A stretch of 64,000 nt of DNA from Takakia lepidozioides (taxonomy: Eukaryota > Plantae > Bryophyta), in contig CM060733.1 in assembly GCA_030704615.1 (NCBI GenBank), positions 51,584,001 to 51,648,000 of the forward strand, written 5' to 3'. This document shows, piece by piece, positions 49,147-62,659 of the stretch (position 1 is the stretch's first letter; each line of letters opens with the position of its first letter). The notes under the pieces are model-generated. The model worked only from the letters and a program-made list of their open reading frames with translations, ran no database searches and had not been told where the DNA came from. A program made the translations under genes and the position numbers.

Positions 49147-49766
49147 GTGTTTTTTTTTTTCTTAGAAATCCAGGGACCCACCGTGTGGCGTTTTGTTTTT
49201 TATTTTTAATCATGAAGCGGCGCCTCGGCCAGTCACGTAGCGAGGTGCCACGGGTCAGGAAAAACGAAACAAATGGGATGGGGGGAGGTGGTTTTGAACC
49301 CTTGACCTCTCCCATGTGGGTGCACGTGGCGAGTGCGACTGGCCAGTCGCGCCGCGCTGTCACGTGGCGAGGCGTCACTGGCCTGTCGCGCCTTTTCAAC
49401 CATAAACCATTTCAACCACCCACGGGGCTGGTGGGGGGTCTATATAAACCATTCCCCCCTCCTTTTCTGATCACTTTTGCCCCTCTTGTGGTGCGATTCC
49501 TTGGCATCCTGTAGTCCTTTCGGACTTCATTGCTTGGCACTGCCAACGGGAGGTGCAAAGGTGATTATTTGGGGAGGGAGGTTTTGTCGGTTTTCTATTG
49601 GTCAGTCCCACACACTTGTTCACGGTACAATCATCGTATTACCATTTTTCCGTTTCCGGATCTCCGGCGGTCTGTTTTTTTGCAGAAAACTACGAATACA
49701 CCATCTACACGCGTTCATTGCCGTTTTCTGAGGTTTTGGACCCTGTATTGAGCAAAGGTTTATACT

Positions 49767-52700
49767 ATGTCGGGGGTTGTGAATTCAAGTTCTGGGGTGG
49801 GGTCGTCTGGGGGGCGGAGGAAGAGAAAACGTGCCCATGAGCGGGATAGCCAGGTCAACAAGCCAGACTACCCGGGACCGGATGCCTTGGATAGGGTGAA
49901 AGAAGTGGTAGTGGATTATTTCAAGGGTAGGGACATGATGAGGCTAGATAGTGCTTATGTTAGGCATGGATGGGAGGGGTTTCAGATTTTTCAGCAAAAT
50001 ATGGAGAGGAAAATAACAAACGCTCCCTCGGGGGTGTGCATTGTCCAATTGTGCCCACTCCTCATCGTCTTCGTCTGCAGGTCCATCTCCAATCCACACC
50101 CGAAATGCTTCATGTCTTTTGTGGTGAAGGAGATGTGTGCGCACACCGTCCTCAGATCTACTTGTAGTGCCCAAACAACGTTCACATGGGCATGGCATCC
50201 TTGAAAGCCCAAGGGCTCGGGCACGTGCCACTTCTCTTTCCCACAACCTGTCATCTCGGGTGTTCTGTCTACAGGGGTGATTAATTGGAAGTCCTCCGCA
50301 TGGGCGAGGGGAACTCATTTTTGTTGGGGAGCCTCTTCAATGCTGTTTGTGCACGCCGTTGCAGGGGGCCGGATTCTCCTTTGCAGAGATTCCTCAATTT
50401 GGCTCTGCCACTCCCATTTCACTACCGTCAATTCCCTCCTCCTGCAATCTCAATTTGAAAGGTTCAGCCGCACATCCTTTGGCAGAGAAGACAGTTGACA
50501 TTTTATACCAACCGGTAGATTCCACAACATGATGAAAAGTGGGGGTTGCTATTCCATATGCACAGGTTGCGTGCATGCATGCACAAAATCCCTTATTATA
50601 TATGCATGTGACAAATTTGTATGCACACATTGTAGATTGTATGCAGTGGACTTATATAACATAGAATACGACGTATTTATTGCATATGCAAATGTTACAT
50701 CATATGTATATAAAAAAAAAAAAATAAAAAATCTTAGCTAACAAAATCAGTAGTCAATGGTCAAAGATGCATGTGACCACTAACTCCAACTAATGCACCA
50801 CCTTAAACTGAAGAGAATACAAGATCCCTGGCCAAAGTAATAGTTTGCAAACTTGTATTCAAGGAAAACAGTTGGTCCTTTCATGTTCGGTGCTAGTAAC
50901 TTGCCAGTGAAGCAAGGTGCAAGACTTCCTTTACCTTTCCTGATGAGCGCTTTGCATTTATCTTTGGAAACTCCAACCAAGGCAGAACAACGAACCATGG
51001 AAGCAGGACCTGTCCGCTGAATCCTGAACAATGCATCGGAAAAGTCTTGTGTCTCTCTCACTGGATTCCCCATTGCATTGGCTGAGGAGGGATAGCAACA
51101 TGTGGATTTGTCTCACAGAAAGTCGAAGAACCAGGAATGTCACCCACGAGTGGGTTTTATTGCTTGTGCAGAATTAGTTGTTATGTGATATGCAGGGCAG
51201 TGCTTTGTCCATATGCTCCTGGCATTTTGTACTGACAGTGTGTGGATGGGCAAATACAGAAAAGACGCAAAGCGCGGAGCCCGTCACTGTCCGAGCTCGG
51301 GGCGGAGTGCAAGAACGCTGCGACTGGCACCCCATCAGAGTCTGTTTTGAGCCAGGTATGTTTTGAAGTCCGGTTTCCATTCATGAATCTGTTGTTGTAC
51401 TAAGATTTGGTGGGTATGTGGGGCCCCCACGCATGGTACACGAGGGGTGTTATGCCAAACCTAGCCATCTCCGAATGCCTGAAATCCTGCACATTCGGCC
51501 TCTTCTTCTGGTTTTTAACAGTACGGGTGGGTGTTTGTATGCGTAGGGAGCGGGGAACTCAATGGCCCGCGCATCGGGGCCCTGGAGAGGCTTGCGGCTC
51601 TCTGCGGAGCGGGAGAGGGGAATGGAAGCACAACTGAAGAAGATAGTGGAACTCATGATGGGGCAAAAAAGGGGGTGTGACGGGTGGCATTATGGAAGAC
51701 CCCCCTGCTGCGACCATTGTACCTGACAAGGAGGAAGTAATTGTAGTGGGTAGGGATGTGACAGAGGTCCGGGCTGTTGTTGATGATATTCACAATGGGG
51801 GGCAGGGTCAACTTGTTGAAGAGGGAGAGGTCCAGCAAGTTGGTGGGGATGACATGGACGATGGGGGGGTCATTGCTCATGATGGGGGAAAAGGGGAAGC
51901 TGTAGGGGGAGAGGGTGGTAGTTTGCCTGGTCCAGGCTGCAGGGGGACCGAAACTTTGCCCTCCGGGGTGACTGTTGTCTCCCAACCCACTGAGGTGACA
52001 CCCCGTGACACCCCTTCAAAAGCTCCTTTCATAGGAAAGTCGAAACTAATTGTTCTAGACCTGAACGGGATCCTGTGCCACTCTATTCCTAACTTTCAGC
52101 CCAACCCGAGGCGTCATTGGCCATGGGTGTTGACCACCAACAAGTATGTTTTCCCAAGGCCCCAGGTCTACGAGTTTTTAAACCTTCTCTTCCGGTATTT
52201 CTACGTTGGGATATGGTCATGTGCTTCCAAGGGGAATGTTGCAGACATCTTCAAAGTGGTCATGCAGGGGGTCAAGGGTTCTCCCCTCTTTGTGTGGTCA
52301 CAAGAGGAGTGTGACCCCTTGACAGAGCCACACCCCACAAAAGGGCCTGCCGTACAGAACTTACAGAAGAGACTGTCGAGGGTGTGGTCGGAATTTTCTG
52401 GATTTAACGAATCCAATACCCTCCTAGTGGATGATTCACCACACAAGGGGAGGGGGAACTCCCCTTTGAACATGGTCCATCCATTGTCGTTTGATGTCAC
52501 TGGCAATGTCAGCGAGGGCCCGATTCAGACTACCTTTTAGAAACAGTCTGGCCCTACTGCCAAGATTTGTTTTGCTCCAAGGATGTGCGTGTCTTCACAA
52601 GCATGCGGAAGCTGACCCCGACTGGCAGCTTGAATGTGGGAGAGGATGGGGTCATTGGGGGAAGTACTTCTGCACCCATGCAGGTGAAACTAACCTTACT

Positions 52701-53743
52701 GTTTGCAACATGACATCGAAGCCAAAGTCCATGTTTGTTTTGTTCCCCCCGGATGCCCTCTCACGCAAGGCTGGCACTATATGTTTTGCAGGGACCACAT
52801 GTACAGGGAGTGGCAGTGGGGTCGAATGTGAAGAAGGTGGGTCCTGCGCCTACGACCATAGTGCTACGGCGGCAGCATTCCGGATTCCCCCCCCGGCATG
52901 AGGAGGCAGCGCCCAAGGTATGGTTGTTCCCAGCCCCTCTCCGCAAACTTACTTGGTTGGTTTCCTTTATGGATACACTTCCTGAAGCGTTGCAATGTGT
53001 ATTCATTGCAGGTGAGCAAGAGGAGTGGGCTGTCCCCGGCACCATCATCGCAGCAGGACGTGGTTTCCCCAGGCATGCATTCATGGCTCCTTGCTTTGCC
53101 TGGCTGGTTTTTAGTAGGGTTATTTTTGCCAGGAAATTGTAGTGCTAGGGTCTGAGCAGGGTGTTTGTTAGCTTGCTCTGTGGAGGTGTGTTTATACCAT
53201 TGCAACCACCAGAGTTCATGTTATTCTTATCCGTCTGACTAAACCTCTTTTTGCTGCTGCAGTTGAAGACGTGGGCAGCTTTCCTCAGTTGCCACCCTCA
53301 GCGACGAGCTTCGCTTCAAGGTACGTTGGTACACACGCGAATTGGCTGCTGATTCAGTATTTGTGGCAACCAAGATCGTTTCCATGCCCAGCTGCGCTTG
53401 ACTTTCACCCTGTCATTGCTATGTTTGTTGCTGAGTGGACCCTAATGTTGGTGTCTGCAGATATCAGATCCTGTGTTTCTCCTGAACCCCCATGACAAGC
53501 GGTCAAAGACAGCCGCCGCCAAAGGCGGAAGTGGTGGGAATAGCCGGGGTTGACAAGTTCCACTGCAAGGACATTCGATCCGGGTGGTACGAGGTGAAAG
53601 TCCACGAGATCATGCTTCCAAGTGTTACATTGCCTTGCCCAAATGTGGACGATGCCCCCCCCAAGACCACACTAGCGCACGTGAAAGGCACGGTGACTCT
53701 GTGGCCAGAGAAGAGTATGAGGAAAGGTGAAAGTATCAAGTGA
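49767..53743 (+). pseudogene. Degenerate multi-exon CACTA TnpA/TNP1-like gene containing an FCP1/NIF-type HAD phosphatase domain
   Basis: Ptta/En/Spm-like motif FAFIFGNSNQGRTTNHG (~50945-51000); FCP1-like IVLDLNGIL..RP..VGIWS..LFVWSQEEC..NTLLVDDSPHK (52040-52500); Tnp1-like C-terminus FH..GWYEVKVHEIMLPSVTLPCP..VTLWP (53492-53743). Confidence 0.55.
50040..50318 (-). pseudogene. CACTA transposase-associated zinc-finger-like fragment, antisense
   Basis: MPCPCERC...VRTHLLHH...FRVW resembles the N-terminal domain of TNP2/TnpD. Confidence 0.55.
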
Positions 53744-54819
53744 CATTTCATGCTTGTAGTCCCTGTTGGGTGTGTAATGATACTCATAGAAGTGTGTATA
53801 ATACTCACATTACCCATTTTGAACATTTGGGCCATGACAGTTTAAGTGATGTCCGGCAACCATGTATGTTGGCATTTAGTCTTGCTCATATGCAGGTGTG
53901 CCGTGACGGTCTCTAATTTGAATGTAATATCACATTTCCTGACTTGTCGTCGTGTCCGCCCACCTTCTATGTGTATGTGTGATGGTCTTTGGTCTCCCTG
54001 TTGCCTTGTCTATTTGGTTCATTAGCGTGATGTTGTGCATGCATCGTGGTCTGTGTTCTCAGTCTCGCCCAGTATCATTGCTTCTCAATTCCCCTGCATA
54101 TAGATGAACCACTAAAACCAGTAGAATGCATCAGAACCATATTTTCAGCTTAGAATGCAGGTCAGTTGGAAACTCACACAAACCACTACAAGTGCTCATT
54201 TTTCGTGCTTTCCTGCTGTAGTGCAACCAACTAGCACAGTGCAGCGGAGTGGCCAAAAGCAGTCCCGAGATGGCACAAGCACTCTGCGTCTTTCCACTAG
54301 CAGTCGTACCCCTCACTGCCATTGAGTGGGGACGACGCCACAGGTCGACCCACACACTCTCCACGTGGCCCCCCCGTGGATTCGTCTGCCGGAAGTTGTG
54401 CAGTTGACTTCGCCCAGTGGCTGTTGCGACGTCACATGCAGCACTCCAAGTGATGTGGCCGACTGCGATGTGGCGTCTTGGGGCCCGTGGCCACGCGACA
54501 GCATTGCCGCTCGTCGCGGCGCCGCCACATCGGCATCCACGTCCGCATCCATGTGTCACCGCGCCCCGGGTGAGTCAGTCCACTCATCCGGAGGGAAAAG
54601 TCAAAGTCAGCCCAAAAGGTCAGACACACGGGCGGCCCGCCTGGTTACGCCACGTGGTTCTTCAGCATTAATCGCATTAAACGCTGAGCAGTTGTTCGCG
54701 CGTCTGCGTCCTTTACCACTCCAATCATTGGATGTCCAACCCAACTACCACGTCTGTTGTAACTAGTCTATTGTAACTTCCAGTCGATCCCAATTTTTTG
54801 ACTTTTACGACTCAAAATG

Positions 54820-57800
54820 AGTCGTTACCCCAGTGGTAAATGACACGAATGCTTCTAGTGAGCCCCAGCCAAGAAGAAACAGTGATCAGGACCACTATGG
54901 TAGGCCTGGTGGTTATAACAATGGCATGGAAGGGAGAGGTAATTCAAGAGAGAATTACCAAGGAAATTCCAGAGGCAACTATCAGGGTAATCCAAGGGGG
55001 AATTACCAGCCAGGAAATCAGGATTACAGAAACAATTCCAGAACAGACCAAGGGCGAGGATCGAATGGAGAAGAACTGTGTTACTATTGTAATCAGGCAG
55101 GCCATCGCAAGGCAGCCTGTCCATTCTAGATCAGACACCAAAATGAGATGAGAGCTCCTGTGAATGAGGGCCCAGTGGTGGCAGCTCACATGGTTAGGCC
55201 ATGTGTTGTACCAGAAGTAAGTACAATGATAGTAACGAGAAGCAAAGCCAAACCAATACCTCCAGTAGATGAGGAAGATGATGATAATGAAGATGACAGT
55301 GATGTACCTGAAGATGATGAGGCTTGGAGAGATGAGAAGGAACTGCACAAGGAAGTGACAGATACCATAAGGGAAATGCAGAAGAGTACTGATATTCCTA
55401 TGGCAGATTCCTCTGATTCTGAAAGAGAAGAGGAAGTGAGTGAGGATGAAGGGAAGAAAGAAGCTGCAGACATGCAGAGTAATGAAGGGACTTTGGCTGA
55501 AGTAATATGCCAGTCCAAAGCGGAGATTACCATTGGACAACTATTGGCTGTGGCACCTTATTGTAGACACAGGCTGTATCAAGCAATCAATCGAATTGCC
55601 CATGTGACAGGGAACACAGACCTGAACAACAAGGTGACTGGTTATAATGTGAAGCCGGAAGGGCGAGAAACAGTCATGGACTTTGATGATTCTATGCCAG
55701 TAATCCAATTGAGAATTGGAAGCACAGAACTAACTGATGTACTGATAGATAGAGGCTCTGGAGTGAATATCATGACAGACCCAATTAAGGCAGAAGCTTG
55801 GTCTAAGTAACATGAAACCAACCCATTTACAGTAACAATGGCAGATCAAAGAAGTGTACAGCCATTGGGATTGATAAGAGGAGTTAAGATACAGATTCAA
55901 AAGATGATCTTTATGATCACAATAACTGTGTTGAAAATGGATGAAGTCATGGAAGCTTACTCCTTATTGTTGGGACGTCCGTGGCTGAAACAGGCCAGGG
56001 TATTCCATGACTGGAATTCCCAGTTACTAACTGTGCATGATGGGATGCACAAGATACAAATTACCACTGAAATCTAGAATTACCTGCTACGAGAAGACCT
56101 CGAGGGGTCAGGGAGTATGACTGGAGGGGAGGACTTGATGAGGAGTAGGAAGCTACCCTGTTCGCTGCACACCAGAGTGGGAGCAGGTTGCAGAGATGCA
56201 GCTGGAAGGCCTAAGTTGTTTAAAAGGTATCTGCTGTGGTGTAGTGACAGCAACACCAATTGAAGATGAAACAAGCAGTTACCCACCACATTTCTATGAA
56301 GAAAGAGAGGGAGAAATGGAAATCCTAGAGGAACAGCCACTGTGAGTTTACAGGATGAAGTGGTGACTGGTTTGGACAATCAACTGATGAGCAGGTGAGA
56401 GAAGTGAATGTGGGAACTGAAGAGGAACCGAGGATGGTGAAGGTAGGGGCTGATTTGGAGCCAGAATTCTTTGAGGAAGCTAAGAGTTTGTTCATCAAAT
56501 ACAGAGATGTATTTGCTTGGAGCTACGAGGATCTAAAAGGGATACCACCTGAGATCTGTCAGCATAAGATTGAACTGGAACCAGGGTCAGTACCAATCAA
56601 ACAGGCAAGGTACAGAATGAATCCCAACTATGCACAGAAGGTTGGAGAAGAGATCAAGAAGTTTGCTGAGGCTAAGTTTATATACCCGATAGAGTATACA
56701 ACTTGGTTGTCACCCATTGTGATAGTTCCCAAGAAGAATGGTAAACTGAGAGTTTGTGTGAACTATAAGAAGTTGAATGCTTGCACGAAGAAAGATCCTT
56801 TCCCCTTGCCATTCACAGAAGTGGTATTGGACACTGTGGCAAGCCATGAGATGTACTCATTCATGGATGGCTTCAGTGGTTATAATCAAGTGCAAGTGGC
56901 AGAAGAAGACCAGGGAAAGATAGCTTTCATCACAGACTGGGGTGCTTATGCATACAAAGTCATACCTTTTGGACTTTGTAATGCACCAGCAACCTTTCAG
57001 AGAGTGATAAGTGAATCTTTTCATGAGTATCTGGATGATTTTATGCACGTGTTCTTGGATGATTTCAGTGTCTACAGCTCTAAGAATGAGCACATGCATA
57101 AATTGGAGTTATGTTTGGCCAGATGCAGGATGAGAGGTCTGGGCCTGAATCCAGAGAAGTGTACTTTCTGTGTGAACTCAGGGGTGCTTTTGGAACACAT
57201 TGTGTGTAAGAGGGGACTTCTTGTGGATCCCAGGAAGACAGAGGCCATTAAAGCCTCTCCACCACCAATAAATGTTAAGAGTCTAAGGAGATTCCTTGGA
57301 CAAACCAGTTATTACAGAAGATTTGTCAGACGGTATGCACAGATAGCAGCACCATTGAGCAAGCTTCTGAAAAAAGATGCAGTGTTTGCATGGACAGCTG
57401 AATGTCAACAGGCTTTTGAGGAACTTACATTGTCAGTAACAACTACACCTGTGCTGATTAACCCTCACTGGCATGTAGTATTTCATGTTCACTGTGATGC
57501 CTCAGGGGAAGCGTTGGGAGCGGTGTTAGCCCAAAATGTTACAGGAAATATAGATTCACCTGTGTACTATGCTAGCAGGTTGATGAACAGTGCTGAAAGG
57601 AACTATAGCACAACTGAAAGAGAAGCACTGACAATGATTTATGTAGTCAAGAAATTCAAGCATTACCTATTGGGAAGAAAGTTTATGTTTTATGTGGATC
57701 ACCAGGCTCTGATATATCTGGTGAATAAACCTTTGATAAGTGGAAGGATAGCAAGGTGGTTAATAATCTTGCACGAGTTTGAGTTCGAAGTTGTTTACAA

Positions 57801-58440
57801 GCCTGGCCGTTTGCATCTTGTGGCAGATCATTTGTCACGCCTAACAACAGGAGAGCCCACCACAGGAGTGGACGACCAATTACCTGATGCAAGTATATTT
57901 GCAATGGAGGTGCAGGGAAGTGCAGATGAATGGTTAGATTGGGAGTGGCCAATCAGATACTACCTTACTCATGGTCAGTGCCCACCTAGTTATGGTAAGG
58001 AGCAGCGGAAGAGAATCGCTATCAAGGCTTTACCTTATACTATGGTAGGGGGCAGAATGTATAAGCTAGGACCTGATGGAGTACTTAAACGATGCTTGTA
58101 CCACCATGAAGTAAATAAAGTTTTGGAGGAAGTTCATAAAGGCGTGGCTGGAGGTCATTTTGGAGAAGAGACTACCAGTAGAAAGATACTACTTGCAGGT
58201 TACTGGTGGCCTACTTTGTTCAAAGATGTACACAAGTATTGTCAGAGTTGTGATGAATGTCAGAGGCTAGGACCTTTGCAGAGATCTGGGAAGATGGCTT
58301 TGCATCCTACGATGCCTACTGAACCATTTCAGAAATGGGGACTAGACTTTGTTGGACCAATTAACCCACCAGCCAAGAGTACACAGAACAAGTACATAAT
58401 TACAGCCACTGATTATACTACGAAGTGGGTGGAAGCTGAG
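54820..58440 (+). mobile_element. Truncated Ty3/gypsy gag-pol of a third family (no LTRs seen)
   Basis: CYYCNQAGHRKAAC, VLIDRGSG protease remnant, [21 protein letters not shown], integrase HHCC and WGLDFVGP, broken at ~58440. Confidence 0.9.
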
Positions 58441-59489
58441 GGATGGCCGACGTCCATGATCTGGACCTAGGGGAGAATGCCAACCACGAGGGTCTGAGCG
58501 AACCACGAAATCTACCAGATACGGCCGAACCAGTCTCTTTGGAAGGAGCAGTTACCTTTAACGAGGAAGACATTCCAGGGTTGGTAATTACCGCAAGGCA
58601 AATTGCAGATGTGGGTAGTGAATGGGAAGATTATTTGGATATAGATAGTGAGCCCAGCTGAATCTCAGTGTCCATTAAGCAAGCAGCTCATAGACGAGAG
58701 CTATGCTAAGGACTCTTACTGTCCTTAGAACCCATTTTGTACAGTCCTGCAAGCGCGCAAGGGCGAGACAGTTAATAGTATCGATAATGTCCCGGTATGT
58801 GGTCCGTACTGTCTTGTGAACAAACCTTTTTTTGTTCTGCCAATATTGTTTCTGACATGTGAGGAGAGGATCGTCTTCATGTACGGGAAGTAGATGTGAA
58901 TGTGTGCATGCATTTTCTGGCCCAACTGCATGCTTTCCAGGAACAAAGACCAGTGGAATGGGGGGTGTCTCCAAAGGAGCAGGACCGAACGACACCTTTT
59001 TGTGCTTCCCTTGCTTTCCTTCTCACCGTTGTTGCATTCTCCCACCTGCCCAACAGCAGCACTCTCGAAGCAATAGCATGACATATGTTGCAACATGGTC
59101 TTCTTCACCAGCAAATGAGCTTTTTTGCTACATGTACTGCCACGTCCACATTAACGTTGATCCCTGCAAGCACTTGGCAAGATGCCCCAGAGCCGCAAAT
59201 CCAGCAACCACCACAAACACATCTAACTGATTGTAGTGACACGGGAATAGTTCACTTGTAGAGGAATTGAACCTCCACCAAATGAATGGCTCTGCCCCTT
59301 GTAGCACAAGTGCAATGCAAAAACAAGGTGAGTACAAAATGAAGAAGCACTTACGAGGTCCCCATCCCTCGGATGGGCTCCCACTTGTGCTCTGGAACTG
59401 TGCAGGCCTGACTAGCACCAAATTGCATGAATCCTAAGCCTGAATGTCAAATGCAGGTTTATGTCGCGATGCAGCACGCCATCATCTAA

Positions 59490-60360
59490 CCTGTAGTTTC
59501 CAGTTTCACTGGTGTCACAACTGCCTTCAAGTCAACATCAAAATTAAGTCCACCTATGCGCAAATCGCAGAATGTCTCATGACACCATCTGCCGCCGCTG
59601 GTTTGGCATGATATGATTGTAGTTCACAACCTTAATGAACGCTTTCAGCCTTGACCTCTTTGCGATCTTCTTCTGTGACTGCTTCTTCATAATTTATGAA
59701 AGGGAAAAGCAGCTACACATCAAATTCTTGCAAGTACAGGGGGGTACTCAGGCCTCCTTGGGAGAAAGAGTGCCATAAACACAGACACATCCTTAAATGT
59801 AAAAATTGGAGAAGCGAACGTCTGGTGGCAATAACTGCCTAAACCAGAATTATACTCCATTCCAGCGCACATGTAAAGGGTCGGATGATAACTCGGAATC
59901 CCAGTTGGAGATAATGAGACGAATACATGACTATCTTGCGAGTTTCAACTTTCTTGGAGGTAGTTTCCAGTTTCTCTGGTGTCACAACTGCCTTCAAGCT
60001 GGGTTTAGAGGAATTAAGTCCCACTCGCAAATGCAGAATGTCTCCCTCATCTGCGTGGGCAAAATGGGGTTTGGCATGATATGATTGTAGTTCACAACCA
60101 AAGGGCATATTCTTCAGCCTTGACATCTTTGCGATCTTCTTCTGTGACGCCTTCTGCATAACTTGTGAAATGAAAAAGCAGCTACACATCGAATTATTGC
60201 GATGCCACTCAACGGCACTATGAACGTTTCGAGCATGCTGTCAGAAAACTAGACGGGCAAAAACCCAATTCAGCAGCCTCACCTTGCGTGGATACTTGGG
60301 AATTGATGCCAGAAGGGCATGCCCGTATGCGCGCTCCATCGTGCCTCCATCCAGCACATT
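59490..60360 (-). pseudogene. RPL27: 60S ribosomal protein eL27 pseudogene fragments with a duplicated segment
   Basis: DGGTMERAYGHALLASIPKYPRK|GTGAG (60283-60350); KKQSQKKIAKRSRLKAFIKVVNYNHIMP (59604-59690) then DVDLKAVVTP; a second degenerate copy at 59940-60165. Confidence 0.8.
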
Positions 60361-60959
60361 ATGTAAATGATGAGTGACCAAGACCCCGATGTCACACCGT
60401 TATGAGAAGCCACTACGCGCGCTCACAGTATACAAAGGCCTTGCCGTGTCAGGATTTCCATTCCCACGTCCCGCCATGTCTGACGCAGCACTTGCATCCT
60501 TGTCTCTGCCAGGTGGAGGCAGCACGTATTAAAATATCTATTCCCCCAAGGCCACATTTTGTTTACCTCTTTTTGTGAAAGCCACGTTAGCAAATGTGCT
60601 GCCGAGTCATGGGTGCAATGAATGCGCAGTGGTTCATGGAGTCGTTGAGTCGACTACATATTCACTTTAATGAATAAATATCTTTATTCCATTAATCGAA
60701 TTAGGAAAGAAAATTTGTAGTCGCATGTGCAGTAATTACAACCACTTGTAATTTTGGCTTTTTCAAATTTTATGTATTTACGCAATTCGTAAAATAGCCC
60801 GGAATTCTGCTACGACTCCGGAGTCGTTGACCCCACTTTTGTCCGCCGTCTGAAATGCCCCCGTGGGCCCACATTGTCTGTTTCGACTCTCCAGTAGTCC
60901 CGTTTACTACCAAGTGGTTCCCGGAGTGGTCGCGGACATGCAGTCGAATCGGAAAAGAC

Positions 60960-62400
60960 ATGAATGCTTCTAGTGGCTGCACTTGATGCACCCTTACTTG
61001 CCTAGGTTCTCTAGCTGCTGTCCTTCTGTTGTAGTAACAATTCTCAGTAGAATGGTTATCCATTTTACAGATAGTACAGTGTTTCTCCTTCATGTGGCAT
61101 TCAGTGGTGGTATGGCCTTCATTCTGGCATTTTGCACACCAAACACCCTTCCTCCAATGTGTTGCAGCCTCTGTGGCATACTTCTTCAAGATTTCTTCTA
61201 ATCTTTTCTCATAGTTATCCCTCTTCAACTTCTCCTTCCTCTTACTCTTCCTTCTCAGCTCTTGCTCTTCTTCCTCATCTGACTCATCCTTAGAGTCCTC
61301 ATCATCCCTTTTCTCTCTCCTGAGCATTCCCAATTGCTCAATTATGTTTGCTGTTTCAAATGCCTCCTCCACTGTATTATGGGGTAACATATCCACTTTC
61401 TTTGCAACTCTGGTCTTAGTCCACTCACAAACCAAGTCTTCTGCAAACCTGGTGTTGGTACAGCAACCAGCTTTTTCATCATCAATTCCATCTTTTCCAT
61501 TGACTCCTCAACAGTTTCATGCTTCTTTTGCTTTAACTGTTGTAAACTTCCATACACTTCATCCTCAGTTTTACTTGTCCTGAACCTATTTCGGAATGCT
61601 GTATTCAAGCCATTCCAGGTTATGAAATGATTATCAGAGAATCTTGCATACCATTCACTTGTTTTCTTGATAAGTGAACAAGGAAACAGTCTCATCTTGG
61701 CATCATCGCCATTCTCATTGTTCACAATACACATGTGCTCAAATTGGCTAATGTGTACATCAGGATCCCCTTTTCCTGAATATATTGGAAAAGGTGGTTT
61801 TGCCCGTGTTGGTTGTAACGCCATCTGTGGCCCTACCTTCTGCCCACTGACAGATGTTGGCCCCCTTGCTGGTGCTGGTCCTTGAGGACCTGTTGTAGTT
61901 GTGGTGGAACTTCCACCAAGTGGTGGCCCCTGAGCACTCCCTGCTACTGGCCCCACTATATTCACAGTATTCCCAGCTCCAGTTGCACTACTTTCCACAC
62001 TCCATGTCCCCCCAGAGCCAGATCCAGGCTGCCCGCCTGATCCCCCTGAGCCGACACCTTCGTTGGCCTGTGATCCAAGTGCTCCACTTGATCCAGGTCC
62101 AACGGGTTGGGATGTCCTGGTTGTAGTCTCAACCTCAGCTGTTGGGTCTACTTCTTCATACTCTTCGTCTTCCAATTTCTTCTTTTTGTTTTCATCCTCC
62201 AAAGTCTGCTCTTGGGTTTCTTCTTCACTCATGTAACTCAACTGCAATGGTGTTGGAGAGTCTGAACTCTTCGTTGGCTCTGCCACATCCTCTCCTCCTT
62301 CTCCGTCTTCCGTCTCAGAAATTGGAGATCTTGCTTTTGATGTTCAATGCCAACTCTTATCAAAGATTTCTGTCAAATCTTTTATCCAGGGATGTACCTC
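60960..62400 (-). mobile_element. Frameshifted retrotransposon gag fragment with two CCHC knuckles
   Basis: YSGKGDPDVHISQF..MRLFPCSL..W..F..RF..LKQKKHETVEE..FVSGL; CAKCQNEGHTTTEC and CTICKMDNHSTENC. Confidence 0.8.
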
Positions 62401-62659
62401 AGATCTTTCACCTCGTGGTTGATCTTCTTCCTGTACAAATTCCCTTAATCTTTCTTGCAAAGAAAAAGAATGAGTGACATCCAACTCTAGTTCTTCCTGT
62501 ATGGGTGATGTACTCTCTGATCTTAATACCAGGGTCGAGCATATGCAATGTAGTATTTACAATGGGACTTTATTTATTACATGCACGATCAAAATTGAGT
62601 TATGTCTTCATAAAAGAACCATTGTACCGCCAGAAATTTCATATCTACGAGACTATGGT

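Noticed and set aside
49280-49345. tRNA/SINE on the - strand (GGTTCAAAACC); similar remnant near 41215
   Set aside because: Only a B-box-like remnant inside DNA-transposon sequence, with no A box or TSD.
48241-54766. Defined termini for the large CACTA-like element (CTAGTTA inverted pair; CTGTAGTG ending at 54223)
   Set aside because: The matches are too short, with no paired CACTA TIR or TSD. Boundaries are left undefined.
58443-59420. Cys-rich short ORFs
   Set aside because: No recognisable domain and stops in all frames.
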